Shown piece after piece: positions 49,508 to 58,413 of a stretch of DNA of 64,000 nucleotides. The notes beneath the pieces were generated by a model, which saw nothing but the letters and a program-made list of their open reading frames with translations, was not told the origin of the DNA and did no database searches. The DNA is from a virus, in IMG/VR virus record IMGVR_UViG_3300042691_027609; one strand, 5' to 3'. The position numbers and the translations under genes were made by a program. Within the stretch, counting starts at the first letter, position 1; every line of letters begins with the position of its first letter.

Positions 49508-50251
49508 ATGAAAACAGTAGTAATAGGTGATATTCACGGACGATCAGTTTGGAAGCTAATTTATGAAATGGAGAAACCAGATAGAGTAATTTTTATCGGT
49601 GACTATTTTGATTCTTACGATATTCCTGGAATAGAACAGATACACAACTTCAAAGAGATCGTTGCGTTCAAAGAGAAAGGCACATGCGAGGTTATCACGC
49701 TAATCGGGAATCATGATCACCACTATTTTCCAGAAGTCGGGAATACAGGAACAAGCGGATTTCAAACTACGCTGGCTCCATCGATAATGCAAGCGATTGA
49801 CGAAAATAGACAGCATCTACAAATGGCGTATCAAATGGACGAGTTTCTATTCACGCACGCTGGTGTAAGCAGTAAATTCATGGATAGCGTATTTGGAAAA
49901 GAAGGTTGGAAGACAGAAACAATCGCAGAAGATCTGAATGAAATGTTCAAGTACAAACCCAAAACGTTTGAGTTTGGAATGGCTATGAGTATGGAAAAAA
50001 TGTCTTACATGGATCCAACAGGAGATAACGAAGAACAGTCTCCTATATGGATTAGACCAAGATCGTTAATGAGAGCCAATCGTGAGACACTACGTACACA
50101 AGTAGTTCAAGTCGTTGGACACACTCAAGTAAGAGAAGTTGATGTTGATGCTCACAGCACGGGTAGTAGATACTGGTTTATTGATTGTTTGGGTACTAGT
50201 GGACAGTACATGATTATAGACAACGGAGAAATTAAATTTAATAAGATATGA
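49508..50251 (+). CDS. Calcineurin-like metallophosphoesterase
   Basis: GDIHG, GDYFD, GNHD, HAG, GHT. Confidence 0.92.
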   Translation: MKTVVIGDIHGRSVWKLIYEMEKPDRVIFIGDYFDSYDIPGIEQIHNFKEIVAFKEKGTCEVITLIGNHDHHYFPEVGNTGTSGFQTTLAPSIMQAIDENRQHLQMAYQMDEFLFTHAGVSSKFMDSVFGKEGWKTETIAEDLNEMFKYKPKTFEFGMAMSMEKMSYMDPTGDNEEQSPIWIRPRSLMRANRETLRTQVVQVVGHTQVREVDVDAHSTGSRYWFIDCLGTSGQYMIIDNGEIKFNKI

Positions 50252-50466
50252 AAAAAGAAATAAAAGATTCAGTATTATTAGACGTATTATTTCTGTTGTT
50301 GCAAATAGTTTTCGTGTTCACAGTCACCATCGGAACCGGATGGTTAATATATCAAGTGTGTAAGATGCTAACGTAACGAAACTAATTGAGCGATTCAAAA
50401 AAAATATGTTGCAAAAAATAAATTTGGCACATGATTTGCATAGTAAGTGATAGAAAACTATCAACT

Positions 50467-50571
50467 ATGAAAAAATTAACATGCATCTTTTTGGGTCACA
50501 AATGGATCACAGCATATTCTTTTCGAGGCTACATAAATTTAAAGTGTAAAAGATGTAACGATCGCTACTAA
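50467..50571 (+). CDS. 34-aa Zn-finger-like peptide (DUF1660-like)
   Basis: MKKLTCIFLGHKW...KCKRC. Confidence 0.55.
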   Translation: MKKLTCIFLGHKWITAYSFRGYINLKCKRCNDRY

Positions 50572-50663
50572 AAAGAAAAAATTTATCATACATAAAAAAT
50601 AAACTTCCCAAAGAGAAAAACTCTCTATATATTTATCTTATAATTAAAAACAAAACAATCGTT

Positions 50664-50942
50664 ATGAAAAAGAACAGCACAAGTTCAAAGAGCTCTAAGA
50701 CGAGCAACAGACCGTCAACCTACACAAAGTTGACTTACATTCAAAAAGTAAGCCGTATTAACCGCAAGCTTCGCACTGGAGACATCTCTAAAATCGCCGA
50801 AGAAACTGGTTATTCTACAACTCACGTATCTGACGTAGTTAGTGGTAAGTACATCAACGACACTATCGTTAATCGTATCTACGATTTGACTCGTAACCGC
50901 GTATCAAACGCTACGAAGTTGTCTAAGATGGAGAATGCCTAA
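50664..50942 (+). CDS. Helix-turn-helix DNA-binding protein
   Basis: ISKIAEETGYSTTHVSDVVSG. Confidence 0.8.
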   Translation: MKKNSTSSKSSKTSNRPSTYTKLTYIQKVSRINRKLRTGDISKIAEETGYSTTHVSDVVSGKYINDTIVNRIYDLTRNRVSNATKLSKMENA

Positions 50943-50985
50943 GAGCTTTCAAACTAACAGCTAGCACCTCGCGGCGCAGCACACA

Positions 50986-51037
50986 GATCGGTCCACGAAC
51001 GATGCTTTTCGAAGCTGTTCACGGCCGATCTTTTTTT
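50986..51037 (+). terminator. Composite terminator hairpin
   Basis: GATCGGTC/GGCCGATC stem, inner GCTT-TTCG-AAGC, T run. Confidence 0.7.
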
Positions 51038-51274
51038 ATGTCCAATCACTTACACATGAAAGAAAACAATAATACATAACTCATTGGTCGTAACAAATAG
51101 TAGCATATAAATGTTACGATGGAGACGTATCCAAAACTCATGGGATGCTGCTGGGCAAAGCATCTTATGTGATCTAATAGTACACATTGGCCCCTACCCC
51201 CCGGGCGTACCGCCACAGGCCCACGGCAACTGATTGTCCACCAATAAGATATATATTCACTGGAAATATATGTG

Positions 51275-51363
51275 TAAAGCGTTGGTTCTCCCTGATATTT
51301 TTTTGAAAATAGTTGCTTAAAAATTTTTTTGTTTAAAAAAGTCGTCGTACATTTACACTATTC
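51275..51363 (+). repeat. Repeated upstream element, copy B
   Basis: Matches 47507-47594. Confidence 0.8.
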
Positions 51364-51402
51364 ACGGCAACAGACAGCCTAATCATTAAAAAAATACATA
51401 AT

Positions 51403-51756
51403 ATGAAAGTTACAACTTACAACGACGCAATCTGGAACACTTCATCTCAAGAGCAAACAGTTTATTTGCCTAAAGCAGCTACAAAGCTTACTGAAAAGGC
51501 CAGCAGCGGTACACGCGTAGAGTACGTTGACTTCTTTGGTAAGAAGCAGACTATCGCTTGTCGTACGAATAAGCAGCTAAAAGAAGCAATGCAGTTTTTA
51601 TCAATGCTGAAACGCGAATCAGCCACGATCAATCAGATCTGCGCCCAGTACAACGTTAAGATGGGTAAATTCCAAAACGTTGGTAAGCTTAAGCAACAGC
51701 TTAAAGAATTAGGACTTACAACTTCAGCTGTTAATCGTTTGGCTGTTATCAATTAA
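51403..51756 (+). CDS. Hypothetical early-type protein
   Basis: First ORF after repeat B. Confidence 0.7.
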   Translation: MKVTTYNDAIWNTSSQEQTVYLPKAATKLTEKASSGTRVEYVDFFGKKQTIACRTNKQLKEAMQFLSMLKRESATINQICAQYNVKMGKFQNVGKLKQQLKELGLTTSAVNRLAVIN

Positions 51757-51800
51757 TATCTCACCACATTAACAAATCTTCAAATATAAAAATAAAAGTT

Positions 51801-52229
51801 ATGAAAAAAGTACAAATTATCAATTCAGAAAAAATTAGTCAGGTAGAATTTATCAGTGATCGTAAAGGGGAATACAGAGCAATCGTAAAAGTGCAAGCTG
51901 GCTTTATGACGGTAGTTGAGGATCTCGGTATACAAAACAATTGGGGTAGACAACAGTGGAATAGAGCAATCGACGTATTTCGTGGCTTCAAAAAAGGCGC
52001 ACTACAAACAATCGAATTTAAAGCTGAAGGATCAAATACGTGGTTGACTGTGTTTGCGAAAGCTGGCAACAAAATTAAATTGATGGACTACCAACTGTTC
52101 AAAGACATGGAAGTTGGCGATATCAATCAAAATTGGTCACGTACGAATCTGTATAGTCAGACTAACTACGCGTTGTGTAAAGCTAAGACTTGGGCTGATA
52201 AAGCATTCGTTGTAAATGCATCTAAATAA
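51801..52229 (+). CDS. Hypothetical early-type protein
   Basis: AATAAAAGTTATG start. Confidence 0.7.
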   Translation: MKKVQIINSEKISQVEFISDRKGEYRAIVKVQAGFMTVVEDLGIQNNWGRQQWNRAIDVFRGFKKGALQTIEFKAEGSNTWLTVFAKAGNKIKLMDYQLFKDMEVGDINQNWSRTNLYSQTNYALCKAKTWADKAFVVNASK

Positions 52230-52251
52230 TCAATCAATAAAAATAAAAGTT

Positions 52252-52488
52252 ATGCAAAAAAACAATCCTTACATTGACATTAATTTTGTAGACAGATCCA
52301 AAGAAGTAGAAGAGCAGTTTGCACCCACTCTTGAAGATATTAAGAACGATCCAGAATTTTATGCTGAACTTGTTAATGATCTTATGTGGCACTGGGTACA
52401 TGGTACGAGAGAGACACCGTTGATGGTGATGGCAAAACAAAATATGTTAATTGGCCTTGGTTCACCTGAAATTGAAATGCCTATATAA
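52252..52488 (+). CDS. Hypothetical early-type protein
   Basis: AATAAAAGTTATG start at 52252. Confidence 0.65.
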   Translation: MQKNNPYIDINFVDRSKEVEEQFAPTLEDIKNDPEFYAELVNDLMWHWVHGTRETPLMVMAKQNMLIGLGSPEIEMPI

Positions 52489-52511
52489 ATTACTAAATAA
52501 AAATAAAAGTT

Positions 52512-52805
52512 ATGAAACAGACAACATTCACATTCACTCAGATCGCAGCAGTCCTGGAAGCTGGTAAGATCCCTTGCATTCTTAAAGAGTACCGTTATGA
52601 GAACGGCGACACTAACTTCTCAGTTGAGTTTGGCTTTAACTGGCCAGAAGAGCTGATGGACAATGTTGATGCCGCTTTCGCTAAAGCAGGCTTCAGTCTT
52701 CCAAGCAATATCGACTTCTGTGGTGACTCTTGTGGTCCTAACATGATCGCTAAGAGATCTATCGCAGGTGGCCAACAATCATATTTTGGTAACAATAAAT
52801 GGTAA
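52512..52805 (+). CDS. Hypothetical early-type protein
   Basis: AATAAAAGTTATG start. Confidence 0.65.
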   Translation: MKQTTFTFTQIAAVLEAGKIPCILKEYRYENGDTNFSVEFGFNWPEELMDNVDAAFAKAGFSLPSNIDFCGDSCGPNMIAKRSIAGGQQSYFGNNKW

Positions 52806-52835
52806 TAAAAATTGTTGAATATTAAAACAAAAAAT

Positions 52836-53039
52836 ATGTACACATACACGCAAAGTGAATTACGAAACATGGAAACTTTAGATCAATCATGGGACGGTGC
52901 AGAACTCAAAGTCGATGACGGAGAAATTAGAGTATGGTTGGTACCACGCGAGAATCGTGGATACGACGGAGACTATCAGATCGAAACACTCGGACCCACA
53001 GGTAAATGGACAACAAAAAATTATTATTTCAATCAATAA
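52836..53039 (+). CDS. Hypothetical protein
   Basis: Likely start MYTYTQ. Confidence 0.6.
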   Translation: MYTYTQSELRNMETLDQSWDGAELKVDDGEIRVWLVPRENRGYDGDYQIETLGPTGKWTTKNYYFNQ

Positions 53040-53051
53040 AAAGTAAAAAAC

Positions 53052-53270
53052 ATGCAAACAGAATTGAAAACATTCAAACGCGTATCTCAATCAAAAGTTA
53101 TTCTTGACGGTATTATTTGGGAAACCAACCAAGACAAATCTATTCGAATTCGTAGTGCTGAAACTGGTTACCTACAACATTCGATAGTTGTCGACGGTAT
53201 TTACTACTATCCAGTTGGAGTCAAAGGTAAAAACCTAGGCACATATGAACTTGAAACTATTTCTGAATAA
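53052..53270 (+). CDS. Hypothetical protein
   Basis: 72-aa ORF with A-rich leader. Confidence 0.6.
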   Translation: MQTELKTFKRVSQSKVILDGIIWETNQDKSIRIRSAETGYLQHSIVVDGIYYYPVGVKGKNLGTYELETISE

Positions 53271-53288
53271 TCAAAAAAAAATAAAATT

Positions 53289-53516
53289 ATGAAAATGTAC
53301 ACAACTTCATTTTACGACGATCACATGGACTTTGAAGATGATGATCTATTCGAATTGCCTACAGACAGCAAGGCGCTAAAAGCTGCAAAAAAAGATATAG
53401 ACAAAGTGATGCCGAAAGAAGACGAAGACGATCAAATTGTCGACGAAGGCGATAACTTCGCTAAAGATTGGATCAACATCACTGACGATGACGAAGAAGA
53501 TTACGAAGACGATTAA
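53289..53516 (+). CDS. Highly acidic small protein
   Basis: Very D/E-rich 75-aa ORF. Confidence 0.65.
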   Translation: MKMYTTSFYDDHMDFEDDDLFELPTDSKALKAAKKDIDKVMPKEDEDDQIVDEGDNFAKDWINITDDDEEDYEDD

Positions 53517-53525
53517 AACACAAGT

Positions 53526-54032
53526 ATGAATCATTATCAAATCACATCATTTGTTAAAGCTCAAAAACAAAAAAACTTAAATATGAAAATGGACTACACT
53601 CATTACGAACAAGACAAACAAACTTCAAAAAATATGAATCAACAAAATTACGATCAAACATTAACAAAACAATTGGCAAGAGAGATGGTTGGCGACGGAC
53701 AAATACCAAATTTGTGGTTCGTTACTTACGGTCCTTATATAGCTGTTCACGATGGAGATATTTCGTACGACTTTGAATTGATCGAAGGATATGATGAAAA
53801 TAAAGACACATATACCTATGGACCTTTTGCAAGTTACAAAGATGCATTAAAGCATTATGATGAAATAGAACTTAGCTTTGATTATGGAATTGGACAAGCA
53901 TTCATCGAAGACAGAGAGTGCGGCACAATTACAGAAAAGTGGTTGCACAAAAGAGTGAGAATAGATTATGTGCAAGACGAATACGACAATTCAAAACGTT
54001 TTTATGAAAAAAATAAACAAACTCAAAACTAA
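53526..54032 (+). CDS. Hypothetical protein (start uncertain)
   Basis: Several in-frame ATGs with A-rich leaders. Confidence 0.6.
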   Translation: MNHYQITSFVKAQKQKNLNMKMDYTHYEQDKQTSKNMNQQNYDQTLTKQLAREMVGDGQIPNLWFVTYGPYIAVHDGDISYDFELIEGYDENKDTYTYGPFASYKDALKHYDEIELSFDYGIGQAFIEDRECGTITEKWLHKRVRIDYVQDEYDNSKRFYEKNKQTQN

Positions 54033-54141
54033 GCGATCAGATATGGTTGCGGCTGGTGCCTATGATGGCAGATTCAGAGAGCGAGTTGTGCGAGACAAAA
54101 AGAAACACACATCAAAAAATTGGGCAAGAAAAAAACAATAA
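54004..54141 (+). CDS. 45-aa basic peptide, weak ArfA resemblance (absent from the ORF track)
   Basis: MKKINKLKTKRSDMVAAGAYDGRFRERVVRDKKKHTSKNWARKKQ. Confidence 0.55.
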   Translation: MKKINKLKTKRSDMVAAGAYDGRFRERVVRDKKKHTSKNWARKKQ

Positions 54142-54158
54142 TAACAAAAAACAAGTTT

Positions 54159-54509
54159 ATGAAAGGTTACAAAATCGATTCTATTAACAGACAAGTCACC
54201 GAAGTTGAATTATCCTCAGACTACAGGGACATTTACAATGTAGTTAATTGCGAAACTTTCGCGTGTCCTTACATCACCGCAGAGAACGATGCACTCTATT
54301 GCGACGACGAAGGGCTTCTCAAACCGGTTGAAGGTTTTTTCCTACTCGAAGGTTATTCGCAACCAATCGCAGGAAATGGTTTAATTTTGGGGACTGACGA
54401 CGAAGGAGATAGTGCTGATGCTCGTGTAGATCTAGAGACACTAAAGTCACGAGTAAAATTCATGACTCATTCACAGGCATATCAACACGCACTTAATAGT
54501 TATCAGTAA
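54159..54509 (+). CDS. DUF3846-like protein
   Basis: LYCDDEGLL...IAGNGLILG.DDEG. Confidence 0.7.
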   Translation: MKGYKIDSINRQVTEVELSSDYRDIYNVVNCETFACPYITAENDALYCDDEGLLKPVEGFFLLEGYSQPIAGNGLILGTDDEGDSADARVDLETLKSRVKFMTHSQAYQHALNSYQ

Positions 54510-54636
54510 TTAAAAATTGAAATATGTTTTGGATCTTTTTGTTTATTTGCGTAATGTTTGCAATAGCGGCAGAATGCATAAAAGCGGTATTTAGAATAAT
54601 ATTAGAAATCATTAAAACAATAAAAAAATAAAAGTT

Positions 54637-55056
54637 ATGGGAACAAGAAGCACTTACAGAATTATCGAAAAACAAAAAGAAGATCAAGAGCAACTAGCAC
54701 TAGTATACGTACAATACGATGGCTATCCCAGTGGACACCCTTCTCGAGTAGCAGAGTGGTTGTCGGGTGCAATGGTTGTAAACGGTTTTAATACGTCCAC
54801 TCCGACTTTGGCTTTTAACGGAGCTGGTTGTTTGGCTGCAAGATTTGTAGGTTATATTAAAGAAGATCGCATCGGGAATGTATATCTCTATCCATTTAAA
54901 TACAGAGCGAATTGCGGAGAAGATTACATGTACGATATTATTGTTGATGAGAGCGAATCAACTATCAAAATGATTGCTTACGACTATAATGACAATAAAA
55001 TGTTCGAAGGAACTCCTCAAGAATTTGCATCAAAATATTCTAAACAAACTGTCTAA
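54637..55056 (+). CDS. Phage protein of the MGTRS...YDGYP type
   Basis: MGTRS, YVQYDGYP, EDYMYDI. Confidence 0.7.
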   Translation: MGTRSTYRIIEKQKEDQEQLALVYVQYDGYPSGHPSRVAEWLSGAMVVNGFNTSTPTLAFNGAGCLAARFVGYIKEDRIGNVYLYPFKYRANCGEDYMYDIIVDESESTIKMIAYDYNDNKMFEGTPQEFASKYSKQTV

Positions 55057-55075
55057 AAAATAAAAACAATAAGTT

Positions 55076-55282
55076 ATGCCTAAATGTAAAATTTGTAGAG
55101 AAGAAATACACCCGCTTCGAGTAAAAATGGGGTACAGTACGACATGCGTAAATCACTCAACAGCAGAGCGATACACTGGAATTGTAGTAGCTGATCACAA
55201 AACAGCCGATTCTATTCAAGTTATCAAAGATCCTGAAGTTGGCCGCAAATTGATGGAACTTAGCAACGTTTATACCAAATAA
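55076..55282 (+). CDS. DksA/TraR-like zinc-finger protein
   Basis: CKICREEIHPLR.......CVNH. Confidence 0.55.
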   Translation: MPKCKICREEIHPLRVKMGYSTTCVNHSTAERYTGIVVADHKTADSIQVIKDPEVGRKLMELSNVYTK

Positions 55283-55298
55283 ACATATTTATTAACTG

Positions 55299-55883
55299 AT
55301 GGCAGAATTAAAAACATACGGTGATCTCAAGAAAGTTATCAAAGCAATCTCAACCAAACAGAAAGGCGAGAAAGTTGGCGGTGTGGCATTAGGCGTAATT
55401 ACTGGTTTGATACCAGGCGCAGAAGCAGCAAAAACAACATTCGACTTCATCAAAGCCGCGATAGGAAAACCAGACACTAAGAAGACGAAAACATGGTTGG
55501 ATAGATTAGATGTTGACGATCAAATGTCTGCCATAGTTGATGATAGTGTTGAGAACGGATTCATGCAAGCTATGGCTAAATCAATCGAATCTCAGTCTGA
55601 TGATAAAGAGCTGGAACCCGATTTTAATATGAATGCCAAAATGGTGGACTATCTAAGAAACAAATACGGCGGTCGTCACATTACCGGTATAAAAGAAAAC
55701 AAAATGAAAAAATATAATTTCGAAGCACTTACACCCGATGAAAAGGAAAAATTAGAAGAATATGTATCGAGTGTAAAAGAGATCAAAAAAGAAATTAAGA
55801 AGCTTCTAGAAAAAGCAAAGAACGGTGAAATGACAGAAACCGGCGGTAACATGTCCTCAGGCCTCAGTTTAAGTATAGACTAA
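55299..55883 (+). CDS. Hypothetical protein, probably late
   Basis: ATATTTAT at 55285; terminator downstream. Confidence 0.7.
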   Translation: MAELKTYGDLKKVIKAISTKQKGEKVGGVALGVITGLIPGAEAAKTTFDFIKAAIGKPDTKKTKTWLDRLDVDDQMSAIVDDSVENGFMQAMAKSIESQSDDKELEPDFNMNAKMVDYLRNKYGGRHITGIKENKMKKYNFEALTPDEKEKLEEYVSSVKEIKKEIKKLLEKAKNGEMTETGGNMSSGLSLSID

Positions 55884-55907
55884 TAATGCACCTACTTCAA
55901 AGATAAT

Positions 55908-55932
55908 GCTCCTCTTTTGAGGAGCTTTTTTT
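55908..55932 (+). terminator. Intrinsic terminator
   Basis: GCTCCTC-tttt-GAGGAGC followed by T7. Confidence 0.85.
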
Positions 55933-55951
55933 ATATTCAAAATATTGAGTT

Positions 55952-56302
55952 ATGATAATAGATAAATTTATTTACGGTGTGATATTCGGAGTGCTCGCTC
56001 AAATCATTACTTTTTTACAGTTGCAAGGACAGATGAAGTACGACCTACTCAAAAACAATATGTGGTTGACTTTATTGATGGGATTGCCAATATCTTTTTT
56101 GTTCATGATGTCTGTAAAGAATTTCGTATTGGCTTACGGAGGCCAGATATGGCCATCGAGACTGATAGGATTCGGCATAGGCGTAATCATATTCACTCTT
56201 ATGAGTGAGATTATGTTTAAAGAACCGATGACGCTTAAGACGATCACTTGTTTGATGTTAGGCCTCGCGATAATACTCATTCAACTTTTTTGGAAAAACT
56301 AA
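55952..56302 (+). CDS. Four-TM small membrane protein (DMT/SMR-like)
   Basis: Four hydrophobic helices; FKEPMTLK..CL.L C-terminal pattern. Confidence 0.65.
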   Translation: MIIDKFIYGVIFGVLAQIITFLQLQGQMKYDLLKNNMWLTLLMGLPISFLFMMSVKNFVLAYGGQIWPSRLIGFGIGVIIFTLMSEIMFKEPMTLKTITCLMLGLAIILIQLFWKN

Positions 56303-56561
56303 TTTTATGGCAATAATTATCGTTATAATAGTGTCAACAGTATTATCTATCGCTCTAGCAAATGGAGTTTCATATATGCACGAAAACTTCCCAGACTATC
56401 GTGGAGAAGATCTATTTGGAGAATAGGGGCCTACCCAACACCATCGATCCCAACTGTCCCGGATATTCAAAATCTGATCTTTTGGGGCCTGCCAATAGGC
56501 TAACATAGGTCACCAAAGTTGGCTTCGCCAATGAGCTCCCAAACGACATAAAATAGTCAGG

Positions 56562-56610
56562 TAACTGATTGGAAATCAATTAGTTATGAAGCATTGGTAA
56601 TCAATAAGTT
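56562..56610. repeat. Tandem palindromic sites of the form TAACTGATTG-N5-CAATTAGTTA
   Basis: Near-perfect inverted repeat 56562-56586 and a second degenerate copy 56589-56610; related sites at 45594, 47461 and 51227. Confidence 0.7.
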
Positions 56611-56643
56611 GTGTATTAACATTTACTCATATTTATTTATGAT

Positions 56644-57450
56644 ATGCAGAAAAAAACAAACAAAACTAAGAACGAATCGACGTTCGCTGTGAGAGGCTAT
56701 CTTAAGCCTGAATCAAGCTTCAAAACAATATCGAATTGGGAATCTGTCGCTAAACAATTTCTAGATCTCCAATCCATGGGATTTGATACGAGAGGCGGAC
56801 AAATAATGGACAATCCAAAATTAGTTAGTTTAGTTAATGAGAATTTCTCATATCAATACTATGTAGAACCAACTCAATTTCCTAAACTTACTCAAAAAAT
56901 GGTTTTGGACTTCATAGAAGATTTTGTAAACTATCGAGTGTGGGAAATGAGACACGATTTTGAAGACCATCTTATAGGCATAGACGAATGTAAGTTTGCG
57001 TATTTCTACTCTCGAGGAAATATAGAACCATACGTATTATTAGACAGAGATTTTACAAAACGAGTTTACGGAAACGATGATATAGAAACTGTGTCGTATC
57101 ATTGGACATCTTTGGACGGATTGAGAAACATAGTTAGTTTAATGAAGGAGAAAAAAGAGATACCACTATCCACGTTTACAGTACAAAGTAAACAATTCTT
57201 CAGACCAGAAAGTAATTATCTAGTGAAAATAAAGGGATCGCTTATAGCAGCTTTTCAATCTGATACCAAATCTTTTTCTACAGATATGGGTAACAAAGCG
57301 GCTAACATGTTTAGGTTCACACTTCCAGATCACGAAGACAATTTATGCAAAGACTGGAAGATCTGCGACAAGAACAAAACTTATTTATGGAATGAAATAA
57401 TAGTCCGACCAAAAAGTATAATCGATTACAAAAAAATAGACAAATACTAA
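56644..57450 (+). CDS. Hypothetical protein, possible ADP-ribosyltransferase fold
   Basis: YHWTS..GL.NI, LSTFT, WNEII in ART-like order. Confidence 0.45.
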   Translation: MQKKTNKTKNESTFAVRGYLKPESSFKTISNWESVAKQFLDLQSMGFDTRGGQIMDNPKLVSLVNENFSYQYYVEPTQFPKLTQKMVLDFIEDFVNYRVWEMRHDFEDHLIGIDECKFAYFYSRGNIEPYVLLDRDFTKRVYGNDDIETVSYHWTSLDGLRNIVSLMKEKKEIPLSTFTVQSKQFFRPESNYLVKIKGSLIAAFQSDTKSFSTDMGNKAANMFRFTLPDHEDNLCKDWKICDKNKTYLWNEIIVRPKSIIDYKKIDKY

Positions 57451-57524
57451 TTATACTCGATTTTATTACTTTCCAGATATCCATTAATTTTCTTAAATTT
57501 ATAAAATAATAAACAATATAAGCT

Positions 57525-57785
57525 ATGAGTTATGTAACAGTTAGTGCCGACGTAGATATCGATGAGGTGATTGATAGTATGAGTACACAAGAAAAACAAG
57601 ATTTGGTAGATGAACTCTACAATGACGGATATGTACCAAAGCAAATGTGTGAAATACACGACGGAAAATTAGTTAGCGTGCCTGAAAGTTTTTATCAAGA
57701 AGCTATAAACAAACTAGCACAGAACTACCACAGACTAAGTATAGAAGAAGAAAAAATAATTATCAATATCGCAAAAAAGTTTTAA
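57525..57785 (+). CDS. Hypothetical protein
   Basis: 86-aa ORF. Confidence 0.6.
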   Translation: MSYVTVSADVDIDEVIDSMSTQEKQDLVDELYNDGYVPKQMCEIHDGKLVSVPESFYQEAINKLAQNYHRLSIEEEKIIINIAKKF

Positions 57786-57786
57786 A

Positions 57787-58038
57787 ATGAAAGTGTTATA
57801 TTTTACAGCAGCTTGGTGCGCACCGTGCAAAGCGTTAAAACCGATAGCGCAAGAAGCATCACTAGAAACAGGAGTGCCCATTCAATTCATAGACATTGAA
57901 CAAAATAGAGATCAGGTTTCTACATACGGAATATCGAGCGTACCTACTCTTATTGGAGTTAATCAAGGCGAAGTCAAATTTAGACACACTGGTATGACGA
58001 ATAAACAAAACTTGAAAAATCTATTTAATACTATTTAG
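57787..58038 (+). CDS. Thioredoxin
   Basis: FTAAWCAPCK, SVPTL. Confidence 0.93.
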   Translation: MKVLYFTAAWCAPCKALKPIAQEASLETGVPIQFIDIEQNRDQVSTYGISSVPTLIGVNQGEVKFRHTGMTNKQNLKNLFNTI

Positions 58039-58039
58039 T

Positions 58040-58375
58040 ATGAATTACGCATCTTACGAGGAATATGTAGACGATATAGTTAGCATGATTCCCCCAGAAG
58101 TAGAGGACGATTTTGCTGCGATATTTAAGAATCATCTTATGGTATTGGCTGAAAATCACTGGACTCAGTATCTTACCGGTGATAGAGAGAATTACCTTCT
58201 CACTGAGGACGAGATTCAACAATCGTGGAAAAGCGCATCGATGGAATTGGTAGAAAGAAGTCTCATGAATCTAATAGACATGGGACTTATAGAAACCGGA
58301 GTGAACAAAAACGGAGAGATAGTATACGGAGCATCTAAGGAAGGATTAGAATACGTAAAAAAATTAGATAAATAA
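58040..58375 (+). CDS. Hypothetical protein with winged-helix-like C-terminus
   Basis: LMNLIDMGLIE...Y..SKEG. Confidence 0.55.
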   Translation: MNYASYEEYVDDIVSMIPPEVEDDFAAIFKNHLMVLAENHWTQYLTGDRENYLLTEDEIQQSWKSASMELVERSLMNLIDMGLIETGVNKNGEIVYGASKEGLEYVKKLDK

Positions 58376-58413
58376 TAAGCGACTTGTCAGATATTTATAT
58401 CTAAAGAAAATAG

